DNA of 64,000 bases, taken from positions 1-64,000 of the IMG/VR virus record IMGVR_UViG_3300014494_000005. The stretch is one strand, 5' to 3'. This document shows positions 46,213 through 55,987 of the stretch, piece after piece. The number at the start of each line of letters is the position of its first letter. Within the stretch, counting starts at the first letter, position 1. The position numbers and the translations under genes are program-made. The notes under the pieces are model-generated. The model was not told the origin of the DNA, made no database searches, and was given only the letters and a program-made list of their open reading frames with translations.

Positions 46213-46638
46213 TTAGACAATCTCTAAAACATTTTTTTCTTGATTAATTGATTTGTCATAAATATTATATATTTCAATTAAGATATTAATTATATTTTTG
46301 TTCTTTTGATTATCAATTTCGAATATATTTCTCCAAAATTTTTCATAATATCCTATTGATGTATCCTGATTATTATTAACTTTATAAAATTGATGGTAAT
46401 AATATGCATAAAAATATTCTTTTAACTCTTTATTTTGACTAAAATCAATACTTTCTTGTTTAAATTCATCACAAACTTTATTAAAACACCATATATAGTG
46501 ATTACGAATATCTTCATCAGCACTTAAACTTTCTCTATCAATATAATAATTAAAAATATAATATAATAAATTCATAGCAAAATCTTTATAGATTTCAACT
46601 CTATCTTTAACTATAATATATTTTTGAACACTACTCAT
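46213..46638 (-). CDS. Hypothetical protein
   Basis: 141-aa ORF coupled to the GH25 gene. Confidence 0.65.
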   Translation of the reverse strand: MSSVQKYIIVKDRVEIYKDFAMNLLYYIFNYYIDRESLSADEDIRNHYIWCFNKVCDEFKQESIDFSQNKELKEYFYAYYYHQFYKVNNNQDTSIGYYEKFWRNIFEIDNQKNKNIINILIEIYNIYDKSINQEKNVLEIV

Positions 46639-47324
46639 TAAAATTTATTAAAAAAATCTTTTTTCATTATATTTAAGTCAATATCACCAACATAACCATC
46701 AATTAGTCCTTTTTCAGTAAATTGCCAAATTTTCCATTCTGACCATCCTTGTGGTACTGCTGGTTGATAATTTTCTGGGTCGTCTAAATAAGCTGCCTCC
46801 CAAAGCGGATTTGAGCCAAAACTATGATTAGTATTTGTATTAATAAAACTTCTATATGAATAAATAATAACTGAAATATTGCGTTGTTTTAATCCACTAA
46901 TAAATGCCGTAATAAATTTATTCATATGGTCAATTTTTTCTGTATCACTCCAAATAATATTGTTTGCATATGCTTCAACATCTAAAACTAATGGAAAATT
47001 AGGTTTTGGTAATATATTATAATGATTAATAATATTAGTTATTTCAGCATTAGCATCATCTTCGGGATTATTGATATCTCCGGGGCGACAAAAATGATAA
47101 TAAGATATTTTAACATTATTTTTTTGTGCTTCAAGAACTCTATTCCTTACATTATAAATGCTATCTTCATGTCCTGTAGTTCCTTCGGTTATTTTTACAA
47201 ATGCAAAATCAATTCCTGCTGCTTTTGCTTTACTCCAAGTAATATCTGCTTGATATTTACTACAATCAAGTCCTAAAACACAATTTAATGCTGCCAATCT
47301 TTCCTTACTTATCGTACTTACCAT
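46638..47324 (-). CDS. GH25 muramidase (endolysin)
   Basis: GLDCSKYQ, FAFVKITEG, YYHF, VLDVE, LWEA.Y, WKIWQFTEKG, DIDLN. Confidence 0.92.
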   Translation of the reverse strand: MVSTISKERLAALNCVLGLDCSKYQADITWSKAKAAGIDFAFVKITEGTTGHEDSIYNVRNRVLEAQKNNVKISYYHFCRPGDINNPEDDANAEITNIINHYNILPKPNFPLVLDVEAYANNIIWSDTEKIDHMNKFITAFISGLKQRNISVIIYSYRSFINTNTNHSFGSNPLWEAAYLDDPENYQPAVPQGWSEWKIWQFTEKGLIDGYVGDIDLNIMKKDFFNKF

Positions 47325-47331
47325 AATTTAA

Positions 47332-48228
47332 TTATATTAATAAATTCAATTTATTTTTTATATTTTCATCATATTTAATTCTAGTGAGATTTATATTGTT
47401 ATTTTTACAATATTCTTCTTTCATTTTATCTCTTTTCTGTTGTACATCAAATCCAATTTCACCTCCAAAAAACTTAATTGATTTAAAATGTTGTATTCCA
47501 TCATATTCAATACATGTACCATATTTAGGTAAATAAAAATCAAAAAATAAATATGACTTATATTTACAATTATTGAATTTCTTTTGATATTCGAAATTAA
47601 TATTATTTTCTTTTAAAAAATTCATAACATGAATTTCTCCTTTACTTTGTTTACATTTAGAACAACCAATACCACATAAATGATTATTTGCTCTTTGTTC
47701 AAATATACCATGAATGGGACAAATAATTTTTATTTTAGTTTTATTATCTTTATATTCAACTAATGAATAATTATATTTATTATTATGAATTTTATTTGAC
47801 TTTTCTTTAAAATATTTATTATCCATATAATTTCCAGCACATTTAGAACAACCCTTATTACTTAAGTGGTCATTTGGTGTTTGTTCAAATATACCATGAA
47901 TAGGACAAATTATTTTAATATTTGTTTTTGAATCAACATACTCAACCAATGAATAATCATACTTATCACCATGAATAACTTTTGTTTTTTCAATAAATTC
48001 AATATTTGTTAGTATGATAGATAAATGATTTTTTATTTTTCCACATTTAGGACAACCCTGACCATTTAAATGATTATGAGGTGTTTGCTCAAAAACTCCA
48101 TGTTTTTTACATGTTATTTTTACTTTAGTATAATTATTAGCATATTGAACTAATGAATAATCATATTCATTATTATGAATAATATTTGCCTTTTCAATAA
48201 AAGTAATATTTGTTAATCTCCTTGCCAT
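47332..48228 (-). CDS. Homing endonuclease: three CxxHG repeats + PD-(D/E)xK/Vsr-like domain
   Basis: CKKHG/CPIHG x2; SKGE...FDFYLP...IEYDGIQHF; AAGTATTTATG at 48243-48253. Confidence 0.85.
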   Translation of the reverse strand: MARRLTNITFIEKANIIHNNEYDYSLVQYANNYTKVKITCKKHGVFEQTPHNHLNGQGCPKCGKIKNHLSIILTNIEFIEKTKVIHGDKYDYSLVEYVDSKTNIKIICPIHGIFEQTPNDHLSNKGCSKCAGNYMDNKYFKEKSNKIHNNKYNYSLVEYKDNKTKIKIICPIHGIFEQRANNHLCGIGCSKCKQSKGEIHVMNFLKENNINFEYQKKFNNCKYKSYLFFDFYLPKYGTCIEYDGIQHFKSIKFFGGEIGFDVQQKRDKMKEEYCKNNNINLTRIKYDENIKNKLNLLI

Positions 48229-48263
48229 TATTATATTTTTCTCATAAATACTTATAAATGTAA

Positions 48264-48289
48264 AAGGGTATTAAATACATAATACCCTT
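48264..48289 (-). terminator. Intrinsic terminator-like hairpin
   Basis: AAGGGTATT-N8-AATACCCTT followed by a T-run on the minus strand. Confidence 0.55.
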
Positions 48290-48314
48290 ACAAATTTAAG
48301 AAATTAATCTCAAA

Positions 48315-48683
48315 TTAGCTATAAATTTTTGTAACTAAAGTATTATATTCTTCTTTAGTTATATTGAGTTTTTCACAAATTTTATTTATTCTAAGATTGT
48401 TAAGAAACACTGCACTGAATAAATAAAATACAAGTACTACAAGTAAAATACTATATATAATTGTAATAGTAACTATTATTGGTTTTGATAAACCAAAAAT
48501 AGTACATATAAATCCAACACCAAATAATCCAAATAAAACATATAAAATAGTATTTTTTAATGACATGTTTTTCTTTTCAGTTTCATTTGAAAAATATTTG
48601 TAAGCGAATTTAATCCATTTATTTGGCAGATACTTATTATATGCGGTATCAAATTGTTCTTTAGTTATTTTATTAACATCCAT
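48315..48683 (-). CDS. Membrane protein (2 TM)
   Basis: Hydrophobic hairpin. Confidence 0.65.
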   Translation of the reverse strand: MDVNKITKEQFDTAYNKYLPNKWIKFAYKYFSNETEKKNMSLKNTILYVLFGLFGVGFICTIFGLSKPIIVTITIIYSILLVVLVFYLFSAVFLNNLRINKICEKLNITKEEYNTLVTKIYS

Positions 48684-48686
48684 ATA

Positions 48687-51600
48687 TTAAAATCCTCTAT
48701 TTTTCTTTACATTATTCGTATTTGTAAATGTTTCGGGATTGTAGCCAAGTAAATGTTTCATTTTATCCATTTGTTCATTTATTACTGGTTTTTCTACTTT
48801 TTGTTCATTTTCATTTAATTTCTGAACAGGATTTTTAATCGCAAATACTATCTTACCATCTGTATAAAATTTATGTTCTGACATTGCTTTAACAACTGCT
48901 TCATTAACGATTACTTTATTATCAATTGTTTTACTATTATATGTATTACCTAATCCAGTAAAATCTAGTTCAAACAAACCTGTTTGTCTTGCAGTTCCAG
49001 ATGGAGTAATTAAATTTTTTACTTCATTTAATTTAAAATCAATTAAACGTCTTTTGTCTAAAGCATCAATATATCTACCAGTAACCATTGATTCATTAAG
49101 ACCCTTACCATCATTAAATCCAGATTTTTCTTTATTAAATTGTGTTTTATCAATACCTTTTTCAATTGGTTGTGGGTCTTTATTATACATGGGTGCTTTA
49201 CCTTTAAATTTAAGTTGTTTTTGTCTTATATTATATACTTTATCACCCATGTCTTTTTTCATGCGGTCTTCAAAACGTTTTCCCGGTTCATTATCATAAA
49301 CCAAACTATGTTGACCATTACGATACAAATTAACTTCATCTTGTTCCTCAGTTGTCATATTACGTTTTGGAATTTCATCACCTTTATTATTTGTACTATC
49401 GCCAACATTTTTTAAAGATTCATCACCTTTAGCATCTGTTGTTTTAATTTCTTTTTCTTCAATATCCTGACCTAATTTTTGTGGGTCTTTGCCAACATCA
49501 GTTTGTTGGTCTTTCCATTGAAGTTCTTTTTCAACATCAATGATTTCTTTAGTACCACTATGTTGTAAGTCTTTCTTAAAATTGACTGGATTTTCACCAG
49601 TAACACGGTCTTTTAAAACCAATGCAGATGGTTTTCTATCTTCACTCATTTTTATTAATTTTTGATGATGAATTGAATAAGCATTCAATTCGTTATTTAA
49701 TTCTTCTAATAATTTAAAATCTTCGTTCATACCACCACTTGTTTGTTGCATACCAACAGGCATTGTAGTATTATCCATTTTGTTTGACATTGAATCTTCT
49801 TTAGGTTGCATTTTTGATGCATTTGCCATTGTTGTAGAATCTTCATCTACCTTGTCAGGTAATTTATCATGTTTAGTTGAAGCGAAATCTTCAACATCTT
49901 TTTTACTAACATTTTTTGCAATTTTATTAACTTTATCACTAACTTTATTTGGAGATAATTCGCCCTTTTGTACTGCATGTGCCATACCAAAAAGACGTTG
50001 TTGTGATGCTGACTTAGCTTTTTCTTCGATTTTTTTTGATTCTTCCATTGTATTAAGATTTGGTTTGTCTGGGTCGCCAGTTTTTATTGTATTTAATTCA
50101 ATACCAGTGTCTTTATTATTCCAATGTTTAACTGCATCACTGGTGAATGCATTTGTTTTATCTATAATAAAATTATCTTCTTTTTCTTTGTTTGTTCCAA
50201 AAGGTTTACTTATTTCTTTACCTTGTTGATTAATACCTGAAATACCATCATCAGGTAAATTTGGATTATCTGGATGCGGAAAATATGAATGTTTTTGTGT
50301 CATATCATTATGTAAAATTTTTACATCGTCATCTCTCATTTTATCGACATCCTGACCAATATATAATGATGTATTATCATCAATTCCTTTTTTACTTTTT
50401 TCACGTTCTGATGTTTGTGGTATTTCACTAACGCCTAATCCTTTATTACTTCCAGTATGAGATTGTTTATATTCTTGACCTAATTTTGTTTGATATGAAA
50501 GGTCTTCTTCATTTAATATTTTAATAAAATTTTCAAAACCACTTGGGTCAACAAGATAATTTTTATTTTCTTGAATTATTGTACCACCGGGAAACATTGG
50601 TTTAGTTTTTACTTTTGATTTACCCTTTACTTTCATTAAATCACCACTACCCCATACTGAAGGTCCAACATATGCCCCTGAACCACTTACATTACTTCCA
50701 GTATCACCTGCACCACCTGCAGCACCAGTACCAGTCATTTCATTAAGAATATTACCATTATCATCAACTAAAGAATAATTTCCGTGGTCTGAAATGAACC
50801 ATGTATTAGGATACCATTTATTAGAATCCTTCCAAGTTTTTACTGCATCAAATGCGTCTTGGTCTTCAACAAATTCACCAATAAATTTTCCACCACAACT
50901 AACTGAAAGTTTATAACCATTTGATGAAATAAAACAATCTTCTTCATTTGGTTCGTCAATTTCATTTTCTTCACTAATCGTATTCTTCTTATATCCTAAT
51001 GCTGGAGCGAATGCACCAGAACCACCTGCAGCACCCGTACTTTCATTTGTAGAATTTAATACATCAAAATTATAACCAATACTTTCAAGTTCGGTTTTAA
51101 GATTTTGATATTCTTCAGGAGTTGCAAGTCTACTTTCTTTTGCATACCTTGGGTCTACTCCACCGTGTTGACCAACATGAGAATATCCCACTTTTAAATT
51201 TCCTTTATTGTCATAATTTTCTTCAGGAAAATATGCAAATAAATCAGGATTTTTGGGGTCTTTTTCATTAACTAAAAATAATACTTTAGTTAATGGTTCA
51301 CTAGTTTCATCAACTTCAGATTTAACTTTGGGTTCAACTAATTTAGTTCCTGTACTGTCAGTCTTTTTCATTTTTTCTTCTCCTGCTTGTTTTAATTGAT
51401 TAATGCCGCTTTGGTCCCTGCGTTCTTTTTTTACAGGTATTGCCATTTTATATTTTTGTAAATATTTTGGGCTATTAAGCACATAATCATTGAACAATAT
51501 ATTTTGAACGGTTTCGTTTGCGTGGTATCCATAACGATTTGTTCCAGTATTATCATCTTTACCATCGCCCATCATTTTATTATATTCTGCACTTAATTTT

Positions 51601-51821
51601 GGGTCAGAAAAAACTAATGCTTCCATTTTCGGCAATGAAAATATTTTTTTCTTAAGTTTAAAATCTTCTTCATTTAAATATGAATCAATTTCATTCATTA
51701 CAATACTTTCACTTAACTTAACATCAGGTGCAGTGTTATGCATAGTTTTATTAAAATTACTTTCATATTTCTTTGACTGTACACTTATCGGTTTTGCTAA
51801 TGTTGGTTTAAATGTTGCCAT
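48687..51821 (-). CDS. Large multi-domain low-complexity protein, probable virion/internal head protein
   Basis: 1044 aa; Gly/Ala linkers, KSASQQRLFGMAHA (DUF3008-like) segment, many [ILVM]xE sites; AAGTATTTATA at 51839-51849. Confidence 0.55.
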   Translation of the reverse strand: MATFKPTLAKPISVQSKKYESNFNKTMHNTAPDVKLSESIVMNEIDSYLNEEDFKLKKKIFSLPKMEALVFSDPKLSAEYNKMMGDGKDDNTGTNRYGYHANETVQNILFNDYVLNSPKYLQKYKMAIPVKKERRDQSGINQLKQAGEEKMKKTDSTGTKLVEPKVKSEVDETSEPLTKVLFLVNEKDPKNPDLFAYFPEENYDNKGNLKVGYSHVGQHGGVDPRYAKESRLATPEEYQNLKTELESIGYNFDVLNSTNESTGAAGGSGAFAPALGYKKNTISEENEIDEPNEEDCFISSNGYKLSVSCGGKFIGEFVEDQDAFDAVKTWKDSNKWYPNTWFISDHGNYSLVDDNGNILNEMTGTGAAGGAGDTGSNVSGSGAYVGPSVWGSGDLMKVKGKSKVKTKPMFPGGTIIQENKNYLVDPSGFENFIKILNEEDLSYQTKLGQEYKQSHTGSNKGLGVSEIPQTSEREKSKKGIDDNTSLYIGQDVDKMRDDDVKILHNDMTQKHSYFPHPDNPNLPDDGISGINQQGKEISKPFGTNKEKEDNFIIDKTNAFTSDAVKHWNNKDTGIELNTIKTGDPDKPNLNTMEESKKIEEKAKSASQQRLFGMAHAVQKGELSPNKVSDKVNKIAKNVSKKDVEDFASTKHDKLPDKVDEDSTTMANASKMQPKEDSMSNKMDNTTMPVGMQQTSGGMNEDFKLLEELNNELNAYSIHHQKLIKMSEDRKPSALVLKDRVTGENPVNFKKDLQHSGTKEIIDVEKELQWKDQQTDVGKDPQKLGQDIEEKEIKTTDAKGDESLKNVGDSTNNKGDEIPKRNMTTEEQDEVNLYRNGQHSLVYDNEPGKRFEDRMKKDMGDKVYNIRQKQLKFKGKAPMYNKDPQPIEKGIDKTQFNKEKSGFNDGKGLNESMVTGRYIDALDKRRLIDFKLNEVKNLITPSGTARQTGLFELDFTGLGNTYNSKTIDNKVIVNEAVVKAMSEHKFYTDGKIVFAIKNPVQKLNENEQKVEKPVINEQMDKMKHLLGYNPETFTNTNNVKKNRGF

Positions 51822-51857
51822 TATTTGTTCTTTTTTAGTATAAATACTTGAATATTA

Positions 51858-52760
51858 TCAATTGTTTATAGTAATAATATTTCCCGATTTAATATGTCTA
51901 TTGGTGTATGAACAAAGCGGTTGAAAATTGGTATAATGATTTAACTTTAAAACATCTTTTTCGGTTTTTGCTGTTGACATTGGTACTATATGGTCAATAT
52001 CCCATGCAGTATTTATTTCTTTGGGATATCCATTCCAATTCCCATAATTATTCCAATTCATCCAAGGTTCAAATTTTGATTCTAAATGTTTTTTAAATTC
52101 TTCAAACGTACAACCGAGAATATCTTGTGTTTTTGACGATTTTTTATTGCCTTTTAATTTTATGGAACAACGAATTAAACTTCTAATATTAGTCGTTAGT
52201 TTATATAAAGCATCATTAGAATTTCTATTCTTTTTATATATATAATTATAATTTTTTATCCATTCTTTACGTTTTATGTTATATTCCTTAATTTTCTCAC
52301 CATTTTTTTCTCTATATTCTTTATTTTTTTTATTTCGTTCTTCTTTATTTCTAAAATAATTTTCAGACCTTTGCTTTACAATTTTTTCTTTATTAATTTT
52401 ATTATAATTTTTTAAATATTTTGAAATTTTGTCTTTATGTTTTTCACGATATTTTAAAATAATATTTGAAATTTTTTCTTTATTCTTTTTATAATATTCT
52501 TTTTGTTTTAATCGAATTTTATTATTTTGATTTAAATAACGTTCAGAACTACGTTTTTTTATTATATTAGAATTATTTTGATAATATTCAGATAATCGAT
52601 TTTTAATTTTTTCTTTATTTATTAACGACCATCTTTTTTGACGTTGTGAAATTTTTTCTTTATTCTTTTGAACATATTCTTTAGCATATTGTGATATCTT
52701 TTCTTTATTTCTTAGATAATAATTTCTTTTACTTTTTGCAATTGCTTCTTTACTTCTCAT
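51858..52760 (-). CDS. HNH homing endonuclease with K/E/Y-rich helical repeats
   Basis: ILGCTFEEFKKHLE..F...M.W.NYG, WDIDHIVP, LNHYTNFQPL..TN. Confidence 0.85.
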   Translation of the reverse strand: MRSKEAIAKSKRNYYLRNKEKISQYAKEYVQKNKEKISQRQKRWSLINKEKIKNRLSEYYQNNSNIIKKRSSERYLNQNNKIRLKQKEYYKKNKEKISNIILKYREKHKDKISKYLKNYNKINKEKIVKQRSENYFRNKEERNKKNKEYREKNGEKIKEYNIKRKEWIKNYNYIYKKNRNSNDALYKLTTNIRSLIRCSIKLKGNKKSSKTQDILGCTFEEFKKHLESKFEPWMNWNNYGNWNGYPKEINTAWDIDHIVPMSTAKTEKDVLKLNHYTNFQPLCSYTNRHIKSGNIITINN

Positions 52761-52781
52761 AACTCATTAATAATCAATCGA

Positions 52782-52988
52782 TTACTTAATTCCTGTCTTC
52801 CAAAAATCCTTTTTAACCCATAATGTCTTAAACACCATTTCCATACTATCTTTTATTGTTGAAATCATTTCATTTCTTGTTTGACTTCCAGATTTTTTAA
52901 GTATTTTCTTAACTTCCCTATCTAAAGCATCATTAACAAACTTATTAATTTCATCATTAACGATTTTTTTTACATCATCATTATTCAT
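52782..52988 (-). CDS. Hypothetical protein
   Basis: 68 aa; AAGTATTTATA at 53002-53012. Confidence 0.65.
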   Translation of the reverse strand: MNNDDVKKIVNDEINKFVNDALDREVKKILKKSGSQTRNEMISTIKDSMEMVFKTLWVKKDFWKTGIK

Positions 52989-53086
52989 ATAATAATTTTA
53001 TTATAAATACTTAATCGGCATTAAAAATAAAAAGAACGCATATTAATAAAACATGTGTTCTTGAATATGTTTGCTTAAACATATTT

Positions 53087-53872
53087 TTATTTTATAAGAA
53101 AATGTCCTACTGCAACACCAGCACCACCAATTAATACATATTTACTATTTTTTCCAATCCAATCAGTAAATTTTTTCCAATCAGATTTATCTATCTTATC
53201 TTTATTAATTGCAGGAATTGCATAACTATCAATATTTACTGTTTTAAAATAATCATTACTATTACTTACACTAAATGATACGGGATAATCAGTTTTTGCT
53301 TTTTTATCCCAATGAAATTCAATAAATTGTTTATTTGGTAGTAAAAATTCTTTAAATGTTAATAATGGTTTAACATTTTTTAATGCGGGAATTGCATGAC
53401 TAATTAATAAATCATATTTAATATTTTTTGTTGAATCTTTAAAAGTAATGCTACTATCTTTTTCATTGATACTAACTTTTCCACCTTTTAGTGAATCAAG
53501 ATTTACATTGGTTTGAATTAATGCTGCTGCAATAATATCATTCTTTTTATTAATATCTTTTACTCTATCCATCAATTCTTGTTGAGAAGCAGTTAATTGA
53601 CCATACATTTTGCTAAGATTTTTTACTGTTTCTTGCATTGTCAATTTTTCAGCAACCATTTCGCCTTGTTTATTTTTATAAACATGAACAGTATCCAGCA
53701 AAGCATCTTTTAATTTAACTTCTGTATCATATTTATCTTTCAGTCCTACAATTTTCTTATGTTGAAAATAATCGACTATAGACAAAAACAAAATGATAGC
53801 AATTACAATTGCAATTAACATATTGTTTTTTTGTTTTAAAAACGTCCAAAATTTTAATAATATTGCGTTCAT
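53087..53872 (-). CDS. Membrane-anchored coiled-coil protein (spanin-like candidate)
   Basis: N-terminal TM, coiled coil, C-terminal hydrophobic tail. Confidence 0.45.
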   Translation of the reverse strand: MNAILLKFWTFLKQKNNMLIAIVIAIILFLSIVDYFQHKKIVGLKDKYDTEVKLKDALLDTVHVYKNKQGEMVAEKLTMQETVKNLSKMYGQLTASQQELMDRVKDINKKNDIIAAALIQTNVNLDSLKGGKVSINEKDSSITFKDSTKNIKYDLLISHAIPALKNVKPLLTFKEFLLPNKQFIEFHWDKKAKTDYPVSFSVSNSNDYFKTVNIDSYAIPAINKDKIDKSDWKKFTDWIGKNSKYVLIGGAGVAVGHFLIK

Positions 53873-53883
53873 AAATTTAATTA

Positions 53884-54390
53884 TTATTGTTGTAACATGT
53901 TATTTCTCCAGTATTTAAAAAATGTATCATAATATGATTCAATTCTACCTACAATTTCATCATTTTCGGGATTATCTGGTGAAAAATCTTCCAAATAATT
54001 AAATTCAACTCCTGATGTTTTTTCATCGGGTGTTACTTTATAAATAAATTGAATTACACCATCAATTGTACCACCCCAGAAAACCAAATTATCATAAATT
54101 TCTAAATCAATGAATTTAATATTAACATTCATATCTCTAAAAAAATCATTAAATTTTTCTTCTTCTCTGCTTTGGTCATAGACGGTTTTTTTATTCTGTG
54201 CTATTTTTTGTTCATCATCACCAATACCCTCATTAATTTTACGTGTAATTTTAAGCATATCACGTATAGATAAATCCTTCTTCATTTCTTTTGGTGATTC
54301 ACTTGCTTCATATTTTCCTTCACGTATTCTTTTCATAAGAATACGCATTTGATTCGGTGTACTTTTGTTGTTTATATTTTTATTATCCAT
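53884..54390 (-). CDS. Hypothetical protein (probably late)
   Basis: 168 aa; AAGTATTTATA at 54402-54412. Confidence 0.65.
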   Translation of the reverse strand: MDNKNINNKSTPNQMRILMKRIREGKYEASESPKEMKKDLSIRDMLKITRKINEGIGDDEQKIAQNKKTVYDQSREEEKFNDFFRDMNVNIKFIDLEIYDNLVFWGGTIDGVIQFIYKVTPDEKTSGVEFNYLEDFSPDNPENDEIVGRIESYYDTFFKYWRNNMLQQ

Positions 54391-54535
54391 ATAAATTTTA
54401 TTATAAATACTTAATCAACATCAGTATATATTAAAACAATTGAATTCTTTTTAACATATTTCTCTAATTTATGCATGTAATGATGAAAACCAACATTTAA
54501 CCACCACCAATCTCCAATTTTTCTTATAATTTTTT

Positions 54536-55150
54536 TCATACAAGTTCTTTATGTAACATTTCATTGAATTTGGAAATATCAAATAATGGATTTATATCAC
54601 TACTATCTTCGATATAATTACTTCTAAATACAATACCTCTAAATTTAATAGTATCTTTATGATAATGATGAAATTCAATGCAAACTTTTGGAATATTGAA
54701 TTGTTCACATAATTCCTCACAAAGTAATACTAAACTTTCTAATTGTGTATCTGAAAATTTTTCCCAATAATTATATCCATACCATTGTTTTTCAATTACA
54801 TTTTGTTCATCACAAACTTCATTTATCCAATTAATATGTTTTCCTTCAGTTGTTTGAAATAAACTTCCCATGTTTTCCATTATAATTGAAACAGATTGTT
54901 TATCTACTTCTTTAATGCCAAGAAAATCTGAATGATATTTATTATCGTAATGTTGAAAAATAGTTCCATCTCTACTAATAGTATATGTGTTCCATTTTTT
55001 TGTTTTACCAAAATCTTTATGTAATAATCTAGTAATATAATAACTATCTTTTCTCAAACTTGATGCCAATACAATTTGTGTTTTAACTGTTTGAGTTTTA
55101 TGACGATTTACTTCATTTATTTTATATGTTTCATTATCTATGTGCATCAT
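54536..55150 (-). CDS. N-acetylmuramoyl-L-alanine amidase (Amidase_2)-like protein, degenerate
   Basis: YTISRDGTIFQH, SVSIIMEN, FSDTQLESLVLLCEELCEQFNIP; the IVLH motif reads IVLA. Confidence 0.65.
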   Translation of the reverse strand: MMHIDNETYKINEVNRHKTQTVKTQIVLASSLRKDSYYITRLLHKDFGKTKKWNTYTISRDGTIFQHYDNKYHSDFLGIKEVDKQSVSIIMENMGSLFQTTEGKHINWINEVCDEQNVIEKQWYGYNYWEKFSDTQLESLVLLCEELCEQFNIPKVCIEFHHYHKDTIKFRGIVFRSNYIEDSSDINPLFDISKFNEMLHKELV

Positions 55151-55595
55151 AATTCATGTATATAACTTCTACACTTCCTTCAGATAAAATTATCAATGCC
55201 CTTTTAAATCCTTCACCAAATTTAGGGTCATTAAAATCAGGTTCTTTATCACAGAAAACTTTTTTTATTCCTGCTTGAACAATAAATCCAGCGCATGTAT
55301 CACAAGGAAATAAATTAACATATATATCAGCACCTAATGTACTTTTACCTTGTCGTGCTGCATTAATTATTGCATTGGATTCTGCGTGGATAAACCAATG
55401 ATATTTTTCGGGTTTTTCATGACGGGCATCAACATCATCATTAACACCTCGTGGCATTCCATTAAAACCAGTTGTAACTATTTCTCTGTCTTTAATAATT
55501 ACTGCACCAATTTTTCTCGAACGGTCTTTACTCCATTGAGCCACCTCTAAATCAGCCATTCTCATAAATCTTAAATTCCAGTCTGTTTTACTCAT
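55134..55595 (-). CDS. dCMP deaminase
   Basis: SKDRSRKIGAVI, TGFNGMPRG, HAESNAI, PCDTC. Confidence 0.92.
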   Translation of the reverse strand: MSKTDWNLRFMRMADLEVAQWSKDRSRKIGAVIIKDREIVTTGFNGMPRGVNDDVDARHEKPEKYHWFIHAESNAIINAARQGKSTLGADIYVNLFPCDTCAGFIVQAGIKKVFCDKEPDFNDPKFGEGFKRALIILSEGSVEVIYMNYDAHR

Positions 55596-55607
55596 AATTA
55601 TTTTAAT

Positions 55608-55787
55608 TTAATCTAAATACACATCTTTAGCTGCTTGCCAAGAATTAATTTCTTTTATTCTAAATTCTTCTTTAATTTTCACCATTTGTTTCATCCATTC
55701 AGATATTTGTTCAGAAGTCATAATTACTTCAGTCACTTTGCCTTCTTTTCGTAAGCGTTTAATTATATTTTCACTTTGACTAATCAT
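55608..55787 (-). CDS. Small hypothetical protein (59 aa, below track cutoff)
   Basis: MISQSENIIKRLRKEGKV...AAKDVYLD*. Confidence 0.55.
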   Translation of the reverse strand: MISQSENIIKRLRKEGKVTEVIMTSEQISEWMKQMVKIKEEFRIKEINSWQAAKDVYLD

Positions 55788-55790
55788 ATT

Positions 55791-55985
55791 TTAAAATAAT
55801 TTCCACCATTGATTTTTCTTTAATGAACGAGATTTTATTATTAAATCTTGTAAACTTCCATAATCAAAATCATCATTTGTAAATTTACCGTCTATATCTG
55901 CCAAATCTGATTTAGCAAGTTTATCTACAATTTTTAATGCCTCTTTAATGAGTCTACCTTTTTCTAATGCTTCAATATTTTTCAT
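55791..55985 (-). CDS. Hypothetical protein
   Basis: 64-aa ORF. Confidence 0.6.
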   Translation of the reverse strand: MKNIEALEKGRLIKEALKIVDKLAKSDLADIDGKFTNDDFDYGSLQDLIIKSRSLKKNQWWKLF

Positions 55986-55987
55986 AA

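Noticed and set aside
51858-52760. Tandem DNA repeat in the K/E/Y-rich N-terminus of the HNH gene
   Set aside because: The periodicity is at the protein level (helical repeats common in these HNH nucleases). No exact nucleotide repeat unit could be defined.
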